DNA of 64,000 bases from Octopus sinensis (Eukaryota). Each line of letters opens with the position of its first letter. Position 1 is the first letter of the stretch. Where the stretch lies: positions 106,702,001 through 106,766,000 of the forward strand of contig NC_043000.1 of the NCBI RefSeq assembly GCF_006345805.1. Direction: 5' to 3'. Below are positions 52,279 to 64,000 of this stretch, piece by piece. Below the pieces are notes generated by a model. That model saw only the letters and a program-made list of their open reading frames with translations. It made no database searches and was not told the origin of the DNA. A program made the position numbers and the translations under genes.

Positions 52279-52919
52279 AGGAAAAGAAGAAAGAAAGCGA
52301 AAGCGCGCGAGTATGTACATACGCATATATATATAGGTATGTATATGTTTATGTATATATGTTTATATATATATATATACGTATATACATACATATAAAC
52401 ATATATACATAAACATATACATACCTACATGCATATACACATACATACCCATATATATATATACACACACTTATGTATACATATGTGTATATATATGTGT
52501 GTATGAATGTGTATGTATATATGAAAGTATGCATGTATGACTGTATCGCTCTCCATATTATACATATATCAATCCATCTATATATAAATAAGGTCGTAAA
52601 AGAAAATTACTCGTCTTAATTCTATATGCTTACTTATCACAAATACATATATACAACAGATACTGGAATACACAAAGAGATATAAACATTAGCACGATAA
52701 CATTTACGATACTTATATCGTAAATATATACTTATATATATATACCGTAAATATATACTTATTTTATAATACCTTAGTTTGCTTTTAGTGTTCTCTATAA
52801 ATGTAGCATATACACTCGTATTGCTTCTGGGTATTTTGTTGTGTATATCACTATATATAGAGTTGTTAAAATATCAATTATAAGGCATTGTTTTATTTGT
52901 TCCAGTCTCCGGTGTTGGG

Positions 52920-53370
52920 AGTTCAAATCTCGATTAAGTCAAATATGTCTTTCATCCTTTTGGGGTCGATATATAAAGTAGGGCAGTGAATTGACAGAAT
53001 CGTTAGCACGCCGGGCAAAATACTTAGCGGTATTTTGTCTGCCGTTACGTTCTGAGTTCAAATTCCACCGAGGTCGACTTTGCCTTTCATTCTTTCGAGG
53101 TCGATTAAATAAGTACCAGTTACACACTGGTTCGATATAATCGACTTAATCCGTTTGTCTGTCCTTGTTCATCCCCTCTGCGTTTAGCCCCTTGGGAGTA
53201 GTAAAGAAATAGGTATTTCGTCTGCCGTTACGTTCTGAGTTCAAATTCTGCCGAGGTCGACTTTGCCTTTCATCCTTTCGGGGTCGATAAATTAAGTACC
53301 AGTTACGCACTGGGGTCGATGTAATCGACTTAATCCCTTTGACTGTCCTTGTTTGTCCCTTCTATGCTTA
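52920..53370 (+). mobile_element. SINE family B dimer preceded by an older B fragment
   Basis: Junction GAAATAGGTATTTC at 53206. Confidence 0.88.
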
Positions 53371-53433
53371 TATTATAGAAACTTCGGAAATCGAAAAATC
53401 TTATTACAGACATCTATCTATTACAATGTGTGT

Positions 53434-53479
<46 letters not shown>

Positions 53480-54063
53480 TTGCGTGTGAGTGTTTGAGAG
53501 AGTGAGAGAGAGAGAGAGAAGTAAACTCATACACACATAAATGCACACACATGAAACTTCATGGACGGCCATACAATGTCACCAACACAACTAACACAGT
53601 CAGCAGCAGCAGCGGTGCCAACGATGGCAATAACAACAACTACCACGATGGTAACACCGTGGACGAACCCCCGTACACAGAGGAATAAAAGAACTGTACC
53701 ATATTTTTTTCGGGTCTTAGGACAGCAGCAGAACACTGGAGTAAGAGGATTGGGACGAGAGGAAGGCCACGCTGCTGCTAAAAACTATGACACACACAAG
53801 CATACACACAGAGAATGATACAAACGCATGCGCACATAAGGATACACATCTTTGAAGAACAGAATGGAGTAAGTGGAGCAAGAAAACACACGAAAACGAA
53901 AAGTGTCGCTGAAGAGTTCACAGATGTGTGACGAAAGATTTCTGGACAATGGTCATGAGTTAAAATAATAAAATAAGAACAGTACTAAACGAATGAAGAA
54001 AAAATATATCGTGCGTGTGTTTATTTGGGAAAAAAGTGACTGATCCGAAATACCACAATATAT

Positions 54064-54148
<85 letters not shown>

Positions 54149-54333
54149 TATAGATAGATAGATATATATATAGATATAGATATAGATAATTAAGAGTGCT
54201 AAAAATAGCAATTAGAAGACGACTGCAACCACAAATTTTCTCTGATGCATATTAACTGAAATCGGAGTAATGAGTAGAAATTTTAAGCCCTCGTACCAAT
54301 AACGAAAAGAATCGTAAATTGAAAGCGAATCAT

Positions 54334-54392
54334 GCTCGTATCGACACGATTTCTAACTTTGTGAAAATAACACTTAGTTCTCATCAGGGAGT
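54334..54392 (-). ncRNA. type I hammerhead ribozyme candidate within a (TA)n-anchored element (~54185-54465)
   Basis: CTCC-CTGATGA-GAACTAAGTG(TTATTTT)CACAAAGTTA-GAAA-TCG(TGT)CGA-TA-CGAG. Full catalytic core and AUA triplet; single mismatches at the bases of stems I and II. Confidence 0.7.
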
Positions 54393-54467
54393 CTTACTGA
54401 TCTGAGGGTCATAGAAGACTACCCATCTCAACAATGTATGCGATTAATGTGTATCAGTGAAAACTTG

Positions 54468-54538
54468 CGGTCTGGGAATCGAAACCGCGATCCTACCGCC
54501 GCGAGTCCACTGCCCTAACCACTGGACCATGCGCCTCC
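54468..54538 (-). mobile_element. SINE family C tRNA-like head only
   Basis: Reverse complement of GGAGGCGCA.TGGTCCAGTGGTTAGGGCAG..GTTTCGATTCCCAGACCG. Confidence 0.8.
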
Positions 54539-54719
54539 ACAGGGAGCAACAGAATAACTCAAGATCTGAGGGTTTCGTACGTTGGCACGAAACTTATAGA
54601 TAAGTGTCAGCACACGAAACTCTCGGGCCTTGAGTCTTAGCTTCTGCTAAATATTAATAAGAATATACATATACTCATAATCTGAGTTCTATTTTCCTGT
54701 TTACATCACTATACCTATA

Positions 54720-54760
<41 letters not shown>

Positions 54761-54771
54761 GCACATACATA

Positions 54772-55035
54772 ACGTGATCACGTGACCAACGTGACTATCA
54801 GATGTTACAAATCGCTGATCACAATCTGCTTTGCACCGTTTTAGCCTTCGAATGACTCTTCCCTGCTGGTTAGGAGAGCAGGCCAATATTTCCCATACCT
54901 GATCGAAAGTGGGGACTGGAGAAACGTGAAATGAACTGTTTGCTGAAGAACACAACGCGCCACCCGGTCTGGAAATCGAACCCACGATTTGGAGATCACG
55001 CGTACAACTGTCAAAACAATAGTCATGCGCCTGCA
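54772..55035 (-). mobile_element. SINE family E (tRNA head + body + 3' module)
   Basis: B box GGTTCGATTTCC on the minus strand, linked to the module also seen at 26036 and 43176. Confidence 0.65.
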
Positions 55036-55786
55036 TCCCCTCTGCTCGCACGTACCAAAAACAAAGTAGTAAATAAAACACCTAGTTTTATTATTTTTAA
55101 CAACAAAATAGTTTTTCTTCTGTTATTTTGTAAACTAATATACAAAGGAGCCATGTTTGTCGAAGTTCGATGGCCGATTAAAAAACATCATAATTCAATA
55201 TTCTTAAACTTTCCGCCAATCTCAATTTTGTCAACATTTTCCGGCGTTGTTTCCTGTTGCCTGTTAGTTGAATTATTTTATATGTACAAATATTCAGTGT
55301 GTCTTATTTTTATTTTATTATTTTATGGACATTATGACGAACTGAATAATATAAGCAATTGAGTTACCTTGAATTATCTGGATTCGTGTAAAAATGTATC
55401 TAGAAGCATTGTGTAATGAGAAACTGATAAACATGGGATGCGATGGTCATATACGATGTGATGTTCATAAATATTTATGTCTACAACCAAATTGTCAAAA
55501 TTTACATCTTGTAAACTTCACTTCTAAAATATTACACATTATTATGCTTCAAGTTATTTAGATCAATTCTTTAAATATCTGTTTTACCATTTCCGTATAT
55601 AACTTACCATCGAAAATACTTTAATGTATATGCACGCGTCCACTTTTATATATATAACAATATATATCAATATATAGCGGTATACTGCACCGTCGAAATA
55701 GTTAAGCTGTGAGAGCGTTAGGCTTTAGATCTAAAGATCCTTGGTTCAATTTTGGGTCTCTGTATGGCACCTTAGTCCTATCAAAA

Positions 55787-56000
55787 GGCGGTGAGCTGGC
55801 AGAATTGTTTGCACACCAGGCAAAGTTCTTAGAGGCATTTCGTTCGTCTTTACATTCTGAGTTCAAATTCCGCTCAGGTCGACCTTGCCTTTCATCCTTT
55901 CGGGAACGATAAAATAAGTACCAGTCGAACACTAGAGTCGACGTAATCGACTTCTCTCCCTACCCCGAATTTGCTGGCCTGGTGCCAAAATTCGAAACAA
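55787..56000 (+). mobile_element. SINE family B
   Basis: GGCGGTGAGCTGGCAGAATTG..GAGTTCAAATTCC. Confidence 0.85.
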
Positions 56001-56308
56001 ATATGTAGCGGTATATATTATTGAAATAATTGTAATTGTTCTTCACAGTTATACCTTAATACATACTTACATACTTACATACATGCATAATCTTGAGAAA
56101 TTAGGCTACTCAAAACCAGAAGGGAGAAAGCTAGTTCGAAGACTACAGACCGAATCCATCACTGGAACTGTAAAAATCTGTAAAACTTTCCGAAGTTTAT
56201 CATTTTAATATATATGAGCATGTCTAGATATGCAACTATATGCATGAGAATACATATATAAAGCAAAACACAAATCTGCATACATACATACATACATACA
56301 AGCATACA

Positions 56309-56342
<34 letters not shown>

Positions 56343-56416
56343 CATACATACATACATACATACAAACATGTGAGTAGAGTATGTGCGTGAGTGTATACGT
56401 GTGTGTGTGTGTTCGT

Positions 56417-56710
56417 GAAGGCACGTTGCTTAGTGGTTAATGTATTCGGCTCAAGACCGTTAGGTCGTGAGTTTGACTTTCGAAGTTGCCTTTGTTTCGC
56501 GCTGATCCAGTTTACTGAGCTTACAAAAATGAGTTGTACCTGCAGCTTAACGAGCCAGCTTTGTCGCATTCAGTATGGCACACTGAAACGTTAAGTGTAT
56601 TCATGTCTCTAGAGCGTTCAGTCACTTGCACGTTAATTTCACGAGGTGGATGTTCCGTTCATTGAATCAACTCAACTGAGACGATTGTTGTCGTAACCTA
56701 CGGAGTGGCC
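56417..56710 (+). mobile_element. older tRNA-SINE sharing the family C type-2 tail
   Basis: Different head and body, then CACTTGCACGTTAATTTCACGAG..GTCGTAACCTACGGAGTG. Confidence 0.65.
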
Positions 56711-56712
56711 AG

Positions 56713-56749
<37 letters not shown>

Positions 56750-56751
<2 letters not shown>

Positions 56752-57157
56752 CTTTTACTTTTTTATTTGTTTTAGTCATTTGACTGCGGCCATGCTGTGG
56801 CATCGCCTTGAAAGTTTTTAGTCGAACAAATCGAATCTAGGAGTTATTTTTTAAAACCCAGTACTTATTCTACATGTCTCTTTGCCGAACCGCTAATTTA
56901 CGGGGACATAAACACACCAACGCCGGTTGTCAAGCAGTGGTGGGGACAAACACAGACAAAAAGTAACACCCACAGATATATACATATACATATACGCCGG
57001 ATTTCTTTCAGTTTCGGTATACCAAATCCACTCACAAAGCTTTGGTCGATTAGAGGCTATAATAGAAGAAACTGTCCCAAGGTGCCACGCAGTAGGACTG
57101 AACCTGGAACCATGTGGCTGGGAAACAAACTTCTTACCACACAGCCACGCCTGCACC
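56750..57157 (-). mobile_element. SINE family A
   Basis: Homology to family A. Confidence 0.9.
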
Positions 57158-57317
57158 TGTAACCTCCCCTACGGCTATAGCCACGCCTGCACCTATACGA
57201 GAAGATGGAATGAACAGGCTTTATTACAAATCATTACAATTGTTTCAACGTATCACTATCAGCTATCAATTGCTGAATGTTACATATCTTATGCGCAGTA
57301 TTGTATCAATATAATTA

Positions 57318-57705
57318 GGAGGCGCAATGGTCCAGTGGTTAGAGCAGCGGACTCGCGGTCATAGGATCGCGGTTTCGATTCCCAGACCGGGTGTTGTGAG
57401 TGTTTATTGAGCGAAAACACCTAAAAGCTCCACGAGGCTCCGGCAGGGGATGGTGGTGATCCCTGCTGTACTCTTTCGCCACAACTTTCTCTCACTCTTA
57501 CTTCCTGTTTCTGTTGTACCTGTATTTCGAGGGGCCGGCCTTGTCACTCTCTGTGTCACGCTGAATATCCCCGAGAACTACGTTAAGGGTACACGTGTTT
57601 GTGGAACGCTCAGCCACTTACACGTTAATTTCACGAGCAGGCTGTTCCATTGATTCGGATCAACCGGAACCCTCATCGTCGTAACCGACGGAGTGCTTCC
57701 ACCCA
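57318..57705 (+). mobile_element. full-length SINE family C, tail type 2, with TSD
   Basis: Intact A/B boxes; AATATAATT at 57308-57316 and 57708-57716. Confidence 0.92.
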
Positions 57706-57954
57706 TTAATATAATTCAGCAATAGTTGCATACATGCGCATCCTTTGGTTAAAGATCGAATAAATAAACGGTTTCTTTATTCTTTATTTTTTATTTCTCT
57801 TAATTTGTTTTTGTTGCTTTTTTTTTCTCATTTGTATCTCTTTGTATTTCCTTGTTCCTCTTTGTCAGAGTAATACTAAAAACAGTGTTTCAGTATGGGT
57901 ATAAAACGTGGAGAAACTAAAGATGATGTAGCAGTGCTTTGACTCTGGTCAGCG

Positions 57955-58270
57955 AGTTCAAGCACCCCTACACAACCGCAGTAATGTAAGGGTCATCCTT
58001 GATACGATTTTGCCAAACAGGTGGGTTCTACAGAGGTTCAGTAGAATACCCACTACGTTCTCAGACCTGGCACAACTAGACATTTTTTTATGGAGATAAT
58101 AAAAAGATACAGTTTACAGTATAAAACCAGCAACAGTCGATGAATTAATAGCAGCCATTGAAAGAGAATGCAAATATTGAACAAAATGTTTCTTGGTGTT
58201 TAAGATGCCGTTGTTTTGCGTATTCAGCAATGCCTGAACAAGAACTGTCATCAGTTTGAAAACAGGCATT
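57955..58270 (+). mobile_element. decayed Tc1/mariner (DD41D-like) transposase C-terminus
   Basis: APLH..VRVILDTILPNRW..EYPLRS.DLAQLDIFLW..KDTVYSIKPATVDELIAAIEREC..RIQQCLNKNCHQFE. Confidence 0.8.
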
Positions 58271-58279
58271 TATAAGAAA

Positions 58280-58656
58280 CTAGAAGTATCGCCCGGCGTT
58301 GATCGGGCTTGTTTCGACCCTTTAGAATTGGAATTTTTGAGAAGTAAAAATGTTGCATTATGTAGCTTGTTATTCTCTTTAAGTGAACATTTTTCTGGTT
58401 GAAACACACCGAAAAATGGCGACACAGCAGTCAAAAAATCGTAAAAATTAGGGATTTTCATAGAAAAAAAGCACATTTTGGTGGTATCATGGTCCGATTT
58501 GAATTTTTTTCGTCTACGGAAGGAAGAGCAAGCCTTCTTCTATCATACTCTCAATTTTGGTCAACTTGCGCCGCAGGGTCTCGGAGGAGATAGTGTTAGT
58601 TGAAGGCTACCAAAACCTACCATACACAGACAACTTCAGCTTTATATATATAGAGA
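58280..58656 (-). mobile_element. non-autonomous Helitron
   Basis: Minus strand begins A|TCTCTATATATATAAA and ends CTAG|T. Subterminal hairpin GCCCG-N8-CGGGC at 58291-58308; no TSD. Confidence 0.85.
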
Positions 58657-58751
58657 TTATATTCTGTCTGTAGATTCTATTAAATTTTGAAAATGAAATG
58701 TATTTAAATAAACGCTGACTTTATAATCATTCAATGTGTGTATGCATTTTG

Positions 58752-58875
<124 letters not shown>

Positions 58876-59062
58876 TAAAGACGCGAGCATATTGATTCAG
58901 CTACCTCACAAATAACTGGGTCTAGAATTCGGTTTTGTTATCCTTAAATTTTGAGATCGCTAATTACTTTCTATTTTGGGTTCGACTCGTCAAATCGTCA
59001 CATAAAAACTGACAATCAATATAGTCCTTCTATTACAGTCTCTTTCGAAGCATATCGATTTG

Positions 59063-59255
59063 CTACCACCACCACAACCACCACCACTACACAACCACCA
59101 TAACAACAACCACCACAACAACAACAACCACCACCACAACCAACACCACCACAACCACCATCACCACAACCACCACAACCACCACCACCACAACCACCAT
59201 CACCACAACCACCACCACCACAACCACCACTACCACAACAACAACAAAAACAGCA

Positions 59256-59292
<37 letters not shown>

Positions 59293-59318
59293 ATAATAAT
59301 AATAATAATAATAATAAT
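59063..59318. repeat. (CAC/CAA)n-(TAC)n-(TAA)n triplet microsatellite
   Basis: Direct inspection. Confidence 0.95.
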
Positions 59319-59644
59319 TTATAGTATCCAAGGGAAGAAATTTTCCTTTATATAATTGGTAGATATCGATCTAATACTTTGGCACGTTTGGTTTCAAAAT
59401 ATAAGAAATCACTCCTGAAAATGTAACAATAAAAACAAAAATCAAAAAGAAAAAAAAATGTAAACCGTCACATTTGAAGACATGTTCGATAAGTTTTACT
59501 GCTTAGTGTTGTAAGTAAAGTGAATTGTCTACAACCAGAATCACAATAGGTAAATATGTTACAAACGTGGCTATCTGGCTGAAGTATATATTTTTGTAAA
59601 ATATAACACGTAAGCTAAGCTCAAGCGTCGTTTGAAGAAATAAA

Positions 59645-59690
59645 TGTTGACGTTTCGAGAAGACTGCTCCTCATTTCTTCGAAGAAGATC
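59645..59690 (-). ncRNA. degenerate minimal hammerhead-like motif
   Basis: Minus strand TCGAAGA-AAT-GAGGAG(CAGT)CTTCTC-GAAACGTC-AACA; the 5' core and stem I are imperfect. Confidence 0.35.
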
Positions 59691-59754
59691 CCGATCGAGA
59701 TATCAAACACAGGCGCGTCTCATGTACACTAATTTATCTTATTTTATTAATGAT

Positions 59755-59975
59755 TCTTTCTATTATAGACATATTACCTGAAATTATAGATACAATACCT
59801 GAAATTTTGGAGAGGATAGAACGATTACACCAACACCTGTACTCAACTGGTGCTTATTTTATCGAGCTCGAAAGGATGAAAAGTAAGTCGACTTCGGCGG
59901 AATTTGAACTCAAATCGTAAAGACGGACGAAAATGTCGTTAAACTCTTTGCCGGCGTGCTAGCGATTCTGCAGCT
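59755..59975 (-). mobile_element. degenerate SINE family B
   Basis: AAAGGATGAAA..GTCGACTTCGGCGGAATTTGAACTCA. Confidence 0.75.
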
Positions 59976-60050
59976 TGAATAATATTAACAATATTTTATT
60001 ATTACAGTCCGTCAATGGCTTCTTTTTCTGACTCTGTTTTTCTCTCAATA

Positions 60051-60429
60051 TTCTTTTATTCGTTTATTCTTTTACTTGTTTCAGTCATGTGGCTGTGGCC
60101 ATGCTGGAGCACCGCCTTTAGTCGGGCAAATCTACCCCAGGACTTGTTCTTTGTAAGCCTAGCATTTATTCTATCGGTCTCTTTTGCCGAACCGCTAAGC
60201 ATCGGTTGTCAAGCGATGTTGGGGGGGACAAACACAGACACACATACATATATATATGCATATATACGACGAGCTTCTTTCAGTTTCCGTCTACCAAATC
60301 CACTCACAAGGCTTTGGTCGGCCCGAGGCTATAGTAGAAGACACTTGCCCAAGGTGCTACGTAGTGGGACTGAACCTGTAACCATGTGGTTCGTAAGCAA
60401 GCTACTTACCACATAGCCACTCCTACGCC
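60051..60429 (-). mobile_element. SINE family A
   Basis: Homology to family A. Confidence 0.92.
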
Positions 60430-61131
60430 TCAATATATATATATATATATAGATGTGTGTGTGTGTGTGTGTGCTAAATATAAATATACTACATACCATA
60501 TATATGTGTGTAGATGTCTATGTGTGTACGTATGTATGTACGTACATATGTATGTATGCATGTATGTATGTAAGTACGCATATATGTGTGCATAACATAC
60601 ATGCATACATGTATACACGCATACATGTATACACGCATACATGCTTGCTTACCAACATACATACATACGTACACACAGTCATCATACACATATAGACACC
60701 TGCACACATATATGTATGTATATACATATGTATATATGTATGTACGTATGTATGAATGCATGTTTGTGTGTGTACATGTATGTATGTATGTATGCATGCA
60801 TGCATGAATGTATGTATGTATGTATGTATGTATGTATGTATGTATGTATGTATGTATGTATGTATGTATGTATGTATGTATGTATGTATGTATGTATGTA
60901 TGTATCCATGCATTTATGTATATATTGAATATCTTTAACACCACTGCTTGCTCTCCACATAGTCACCTCCTCTCCAACATCCTGTCTTCGTCTACAAACA
61001 TAAATTCATTTCTTTATATCTTCCGTCTACCAGGCTAACAAATTTTTCAATTTAAAGAAACAAAGAATATGGTTTTCACACATCAAAATACTTTCATTTT
61101 CACTTTCCTCTAACTTTCGCTTTTATATGTG

Positions 61132-61201
<70 letters not shown>

Positions 61202-61759
61202 CACACAGCGCGCGCACACACAGACACACAAACACATATATATATATAAAAGATTAAAAGTTATTAAATATTTTAAAGTTATTTCGTCATTTGCACACAC
61301 ACATATACTCACATTTGAATTTCCTATGCTATACTATGACGGGAATCTATAGATTTTAGCCAACTCTCTCTGTAGACACACCTGTAAACCCGTTGTCGTT
61401 ACATACACAAAAGGGAAAAATCCTGGGCAGAAAAAGATTGGCTGTACTAGATACAAACCTACAATCCTGTCACATGATTTCTTTAGCAATGAAACCTATA
61501 TCATATATTATACATCACATACAGTCGTTCGCAAAAGTTTGGATCATTTTTTGAAAACTTAAAATTTTTATGCCCAGTATACGCTCCGACTAAATATAAC
61601 TTTGGTCATTTAATATAAAAATTCTAATTTTCAGACCTATGTTCCAAACCTTTGGCCACATACATCTATTACATATTACTTACGTGTGTGTGTGCGTGCG
61701 CGTCGCGTGTCTGAATTGTTTGTCCATTTTGCATTCAGGAACTACAAACGATCCCCCAT

Positions 61760-61815
61760 CACACACACATACACACATACATGTATGTATGTATTTATGA
61801 ATATACGCATGAATG

Positions 61816-61871
<56 letters not shown>

Positions 61872-62000
61872 TATATGTATATTATATGTGTATATATATA
61901 TGTATGTATACATATATCTATGTATGTATACATATATATATATATATACCTATATATATCTATGTATATGTATGTATACATATATATATGTATTATACAT

Positions 62001-62045
<45 letters not shown>

Positions 62046-62076
62046 ACATATGTATGTATCATATATGTATGTATAC

Positions 62077-62133
<57 letters not shown>

Positions 62134-62190
62134 GTATACATATGTATGTATCATATATATATATGTATGTATACCTATATATATATGTGT

Positions 62191-62227
<37 letters not shown>

Positions 62228-62341
62228 ACATATGTATGTATACATATATATATGTATACATATTATATGATGTATACATATATCTATATGTATGTATACA
62301 TCTATATATATGTATGTATACATATATATATGTATGTATAC

Positions 62342-62374
<33 letters not shown>

Positions 62375-62416
62375 TGTGTGTGTGTGTGTATGTGTGTGTC
62401 TGTGTGTGTGTGTGTG
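61760..62416. repeat. ~650-bp alternating purine-pyrimidine (TA/TG/CA) low-complexity tract
   Basis: Direct inspection; similar tract at 60430-60920. Confidence 0.95.
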
Positions 62417-63041
62417 AAGTATATTTGCCACCTAAACGTAGCTAACCACCAAGGGTGGATGCTACTGTAGCTTGTAACCCCAGGAGAACATCTCCAGCTG
62501 GCTATTGACACACTTTCTGTGCCCTATCAGTATTTGCAAAGGGAAGCTATCCTTCCCATCGTCAACCTGACGTGATACGCACGGACCCGGGTTTTTGGGT
62601 ATTTACCCGTCGTCAACGCACGACAATCACTGGTCTTCGATGCGAAGGGGTCCCAATGCAAATACATATATCCTGTTTCCAGTGACGAAATGTTACTGAT
62701 CTCGAAAAAGTGTAAACAAGCAATAATAAATCTCTGAACGAGGTATAAACAGTACTTATCCTATAGGCCTCTTTCGTTACAAAGATGTAAGCATACTAAC
62801 GCGGTTGTCAAGCGGTAGTAGGGGACGAACAGAGACACAATGACATACACACACACACGCACACATGCACACATACACACACACATACACAATCACAGAT
62901 TAGTTACAGGATTCATTAGAACCTAAGTAGGACGCTCGGGCTAGCCATGCACCATAACACCGAGCTGAGTGTGAGACAAAAACAACCATGAGTTGTAATA
63001 TGTTGGTGGCGTACTGCAGGTATGTATATATAATTATTTAT

Positions 63042-63104
<63 letters not shown>

Positions 63105-64000
63105 TATCATATGTAAATATATGCATATATGTACATACCTACATATGTATATATACATGCATATATAGGTACAGAACATAAAAAAAAAACGTTGAACACA
63201 ATGAGAAACGAAAAGATAAAAACAAAAACATAGAAAACGAAATTTTTTCGAACAACGAAAAACCACAGAGAAATGAGACACGAAACATAAAGAATATTCC
63301 ACGTCATCAGTTATCCCTGTTTCATCTACTCCGCAACGAAGGTAAGGACAATACGCGACTTCGTTGAAACAGTCCTACCCGCAAAGCAAATTAAATAAAA
63401 TTTGGGACTTTTTGCGGAGGGTGGAAGTGGTAACAAGAACAGGACAGTGAGAACAAGACAGTAAAAACAAACGGTGAGGGCTGTTGAGCCAAGACGATAG
63501 AAAAATTATTATGAACGCTAGGAAGACAAGCTCATGAGAGAAGACAGGTATAAGCAAGTCTTGTCTTTAGGAAGGAAATGGACAGAAAGATAGATTCCCT
63601 TTCGTCATGTGTCAGCGACGAGAGATACCAAGTCCAATATGAGCAGTAGATCCGACTCATGGTTGTCACCTCGAGGCTATAGAAGGCTCAAGGTGCTACG
63701 CAGTGGGATTGAACTCAGAAGCATGTTGTTGAATACATATACATATGTGTGTGTAAGTGTGTGTCATAACATGCATACATACATACATACATCCATACAT
63801 ACATACATACATACATACATACATACATACATACATACATACATAGTATCAACTGAGTAACACTTGAAACGCTTTAACCTATATTAATGTAAACTAGGCT
63901 GAAGTACAATTTCTTGTGGTTGAAATTATATCCAGAGTTTTGGAAATTGCTTTGTTATTTTGTGAATTGTTTTTCATTAAAGCCAAAGGTTAAACATCAA

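Noticed and set aside
53561-53818. 85-aa ATG-initiated ORF in unique sequence
   Set aside because: It is low complexity (poly-Ala/Thr), has no recognisable domain and is flanked by microsatellites. It may be non-coding, but cannot be supported as a CDS.
57318-57390. tRNA-Arg-like gene (also 917, 20634, 41132, 54468)
   Set aside because: It continues into the SINE body, lacks a proper acceptor stem and is multi-copy, so it is a SINE head.
59060-59293. His/Asn-rich ORF resembling a metal-binding or transcription-factor tract
   Set aside because: It is a pure triplet microsatellite grading into (TAC)n(TAA)n, with a non-ATG start and no splice support.
61742-62445. Long ORFs (195-229 aa) rich in Y/I/C/V/M, and similar ones at 6.5, 33.8 and 60.5 kb
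   Set aside because: They are translations of (TA)n/(TG)n/(TATG)n microsatellites, which lack stop codons by composition.
63290-63345. CTGATGA and GAAAC on the minus strand
   Set aside because: Order and spacing do not allow stems I and III of a hammerhead.

Overview
This is AT-rich, microsatellite-saturated eukaryotic DNA. The SINE families look like those of coleoid cephalopods (probably Octopus); this is inferred from recalled repeat sequences, not from a search. No intact protein-coding gene is supported: almost all ORFs in the track are microsatellite or SINE read-through. The window holds about 40 tRNA-derived SINE copies in several families. It also holds decayed Tc1/mariner transposons (DD41D, DD37D-like, MITEs), a TTAA piggyBac-type MITE, a non-autonomous Helitron, a Ty3/gypsy pol remnant, a 5'-inverted Dong/R4 LINE in a (TAA)n target, and four Penelope-like element (PLE) coding remnants. 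The main signal is a population of short non-coding elements embedded in microsatellites. They carry type I hammerhead ribozyme motifs (best at 15488-15570 and 54334-54392, with a recurring CUGUNGA core variant at 16.1 and 41.0 kb), partial tandem duplications and near-perfect fold-back ends, which fits PLE-mobilised retrozyme-like elements. Other notable features are a 1.8-kb phased A/T-tract fold-back satellite, a SINE-derived fold-back minisatellite flanked by a 12-bp direct repeat, and one SINE self-junction repeated six times. A CpG-depletion step near 6-7 kb suggests the 3' end of a methylated gene. All alignments and folds were done by eye, so boundaries of degenerate repeats are approximate.
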